A DNA stretch of 14,505 bases from Candidatus Aenigmatarchaeota archaeon (GTDB lineage: Archaea > Aenigmatarchaeota > Aenigmatarchaeia > Aenigmatarchaeales > JACQIB01): positions 1-14,505 of the forward strand of contig JAZDNN010000002.1 in NCBI GenBank assembly GCA_043799675.1, read 5' to 3'. Below are positions 12,846 through 14,505 of this stretch, one piece after another. A program made the translations under genes and the position numbers. The notes below the pieces were generated by a model that made no database searches, had not been told where the DNA came from, and saw only the letters and a program-made list of their open reading frames with translations. Within the stretch, counting starts at the first letter, position 1. Every line of letters starts with the position of its first letter.

Positions 12846-14505
12846 TTACTTTCCGGTCGCGGTTATCAATATCCATTCGCGCAGCGGCTTCCGTATGTGC
12901 TCGATTCTTACGCCTTTCCAGCCAGCCTTCGTGAAATTCGACCTTATCGCATTGTCCTTGTGGAGGAACGGATGGCTCACTATGCCCGGGGAACGCACGG
13001 CCAAGAACACCGCCCTGCCCCCTTTCCTCAGCGTTTTCCGCAACGCTGAAAGTTCCCGCCCCGGATTTACGAAGTAGTTTATGGCAATGGTGCAGATTAT
13101 CCTGTCAAAGCATCCCTTCGGGAACGGTGCCGGTCTCGTATTCTTGACCCACATGACGTTGGGCGTTTCAATCTTTCTTATGTCGGTCAACGCCCTCGAT
13201 AACTGCTCCCGGCTTATGTCCGCGGCCACCACCTTCCCGCGCGGCAGCATCCCTGAAAGTATGGCTGTGGTGATGCCGGTCCCGCAGCCGTAATCCAGCA
13301 CGCACATCCCATCCTTGAGTTTCGCCGCAGCAAGGACCTTCTGCTGCATGCCTTTCCTGTAAAGCACGGCAGGCCAGTACCATGCCCAGAACCAGCTTAT
13401 CCTGTCCCACCATTTTTCTATGAATTTCCGGTCGGTAATCAGTTTCACCAGGACGTATGCAGGCAGGCCCGCGATTATCAGCAGCCAGCCGGTAGCCAAA
13501 ATCTGGGGCGGGAGGGAAACCAGCATGAACACCAATGTAACGACTCCGAGAACAGGGAACAGTTTTGGAACGGGGAACAACGCCGGCCTTGTTCCCTTCA
13601 GCTTGAGCAATGAAATGAACACAAGGATGTACATCACAAGGCCCACCGACAACAAAAGGATTATGGCCAGCTCAAAGCTTCCCGTGGCAGCTATCACCGT
13701 GGCAATCCCCAACTGAAGCATCAGCGCCCTCGAAGGCGCCCCGTGACTGTTCAGCTTGTCCAGATATGCCGGGAACAGCTTCTGCCTGGCCATGACATGT
13801 GGCAGCCTTGCGACGGTCGTGGTCCAGCTGTTCATCGCGCTCAGCCCGACAAGGACTGCCACCAGGGAAAACAATCCGGCCAGGGAAACGCCGAACGTTG
13901 CCGCAGTGGCGGCAAGCGGGTTGGCCTGGGTTGCCGCGACCGTCAGGTCCGTGTTACCCAGGAAAACCGTTATGATTCCGACGTACAGCGCGGCCATAAC
14001 CAGCACCGTCAGGAGCAGAGCTTTGGGCAGCAGCTTCTTCGGATTTTTCACTTCCTCGGCTATGATGGTCGCGGTCTCCCACCCTATGAACAGTTCGAAA
14101 CCTATCACGGCAGCGAGTCCGAAATTAACGTTTTCAGGGAACTCGAACGAAAACCTCGACCAATCGACCGTCGGCAGTCCCGTGAACACATAGATTGTCA
14201 TCAGCAAAATTGCAAACGCTATGAGGACCGCTTCCACGCGGGCGCTCAGGCTTATGCCCCGCAGGTTGACAAGCGTAAATACTACCAGCAATACCACCGC
14301 CAGCAACACGTTATTGACCGCAGCCATTGGCAGCATGTCCCTGATGAATTGCGCGGTTATGACAGCAAGGGCGGCTATCGCGGTGGTCGAGTATATCCAC
14401 GTGGACCACCCGGTGACGAATGCCGCAAGGTCCCCGAAGGCCGCCCTGACGAAGACCACCGGCCCCCCGGACTTGGAAAACATGCTTGCCAGGCTCGCGA
14501 AGCAG
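12846..14505 (-). CDS. APC amino acid permease fused to a C-terminal class I SAM-dependent methyltransferase (5'-truncated by the window)
   Basis: Frame is open to the window edge (CFASLASMFSKSGG, an APC motif), FIGWETATIIAEEVKNPK; methyltransferase motif I VLDYGCGTG (13275-13301), VVAADIS, FDRIIC, LRKGGRAVF. Confidence 0.9.
   Translation of the reverse strand, partial: CFASLASMFSKSGGPVVFVRAAFGDLAAFVTGWSTWIYSTTAIAALAVITAQFIRDMLPMAAVNNVLLAVVLLVVFTLVNLRGISLSARVEAVLIAFAILLMTIYVFTGLPTVDWSRFSFEFPENVNFGLAAVIGFELFIGWETATIIAEEVKNPKKLLPKALLLTVLVMAALYVGIITVFLGNTDLTVAATQANPLAATAATFGVSLAGLFSLVAVLVGLSAMNSWTTTVARLPHVMARQKLFPAYLDKLNSHGAPSRALMLQLGIATVIAATGSFELAIILLLSVGLVMYILVFISLLKLKGTRPALFPVPKLFPVLGVVTLVFMLVSLPPQILATGWLLIIAGLPAYVLVKLITDRKFIEKWWDRISWFWAWYWPAVLYRKGMQQKVLAAAKLKDGMCVLDYGCGTGITTAILSGMLPRGKVVAADISREQLSRALTDIRKIETPNVMWVKNTRPAPFPKGCFDRIICTIAINYFVNPGRELSALRKTLRKGGRAVFLAVRSPGIVSHPFLHKDNAIRSNFTKAGWKGVRIEHIRKPLREWILITATGK

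Noticed and set aside
712..14193. Long antisense or alternate-frame ORFs inside major genes (e.g. 3950..5053, 7057..7899, 7121..8164, 11308..12150)
   Set aside because: Shadow ORFs expected in GC-rich coding DNA, with no motifs or promoters
1..14505. CRISPR array, IS element, rRNA, or split/permuted tRNA halves
   Set aside because: No regularly spaced repeats, transposase or rRNA sequence seen; all four tRNAs are complete and colinear

Overview
Archaeal genomic DNA, judged from TATA/BRE promoters, apparently leaderless starts and bulge-helix-bulge (BHB) tRNA introns; a DPANN-like origin is inferred, not proven. The main result is four dispersed tRNA genes, Ser(CGA), Gly(GCC), Leu(TAG) and His(GTG), with encoded CCA and seven introns in total, four of them at non-canonical positions (30/31 twice, 59/60 twice). 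The Leu gene carries its real anticodon in a 7-nt micro-exon, behind a decoy CAG anticodon inside the first intron. The two 59/60 introns are related, branched RNAs. All four tRNAs begin at the spacing expected for the transcription start, suggesting leaderless, possibly RNase P-independent tRNAs. Protein genes include an APC permease, an ~1130-aa CARDB/beta-propeller surface glycoprotein, a SERCA-like P-type ATPase, winged-HTH regulators, two tandem Cys4 zinc-finger microproteins, a CBS-pair protein, an APC permease-SAM methyltransferase fusion cut by the window edge, several hypotheticals and an ORF split by two in-frame TAGs. All structures were folded by eye; no searches were run.
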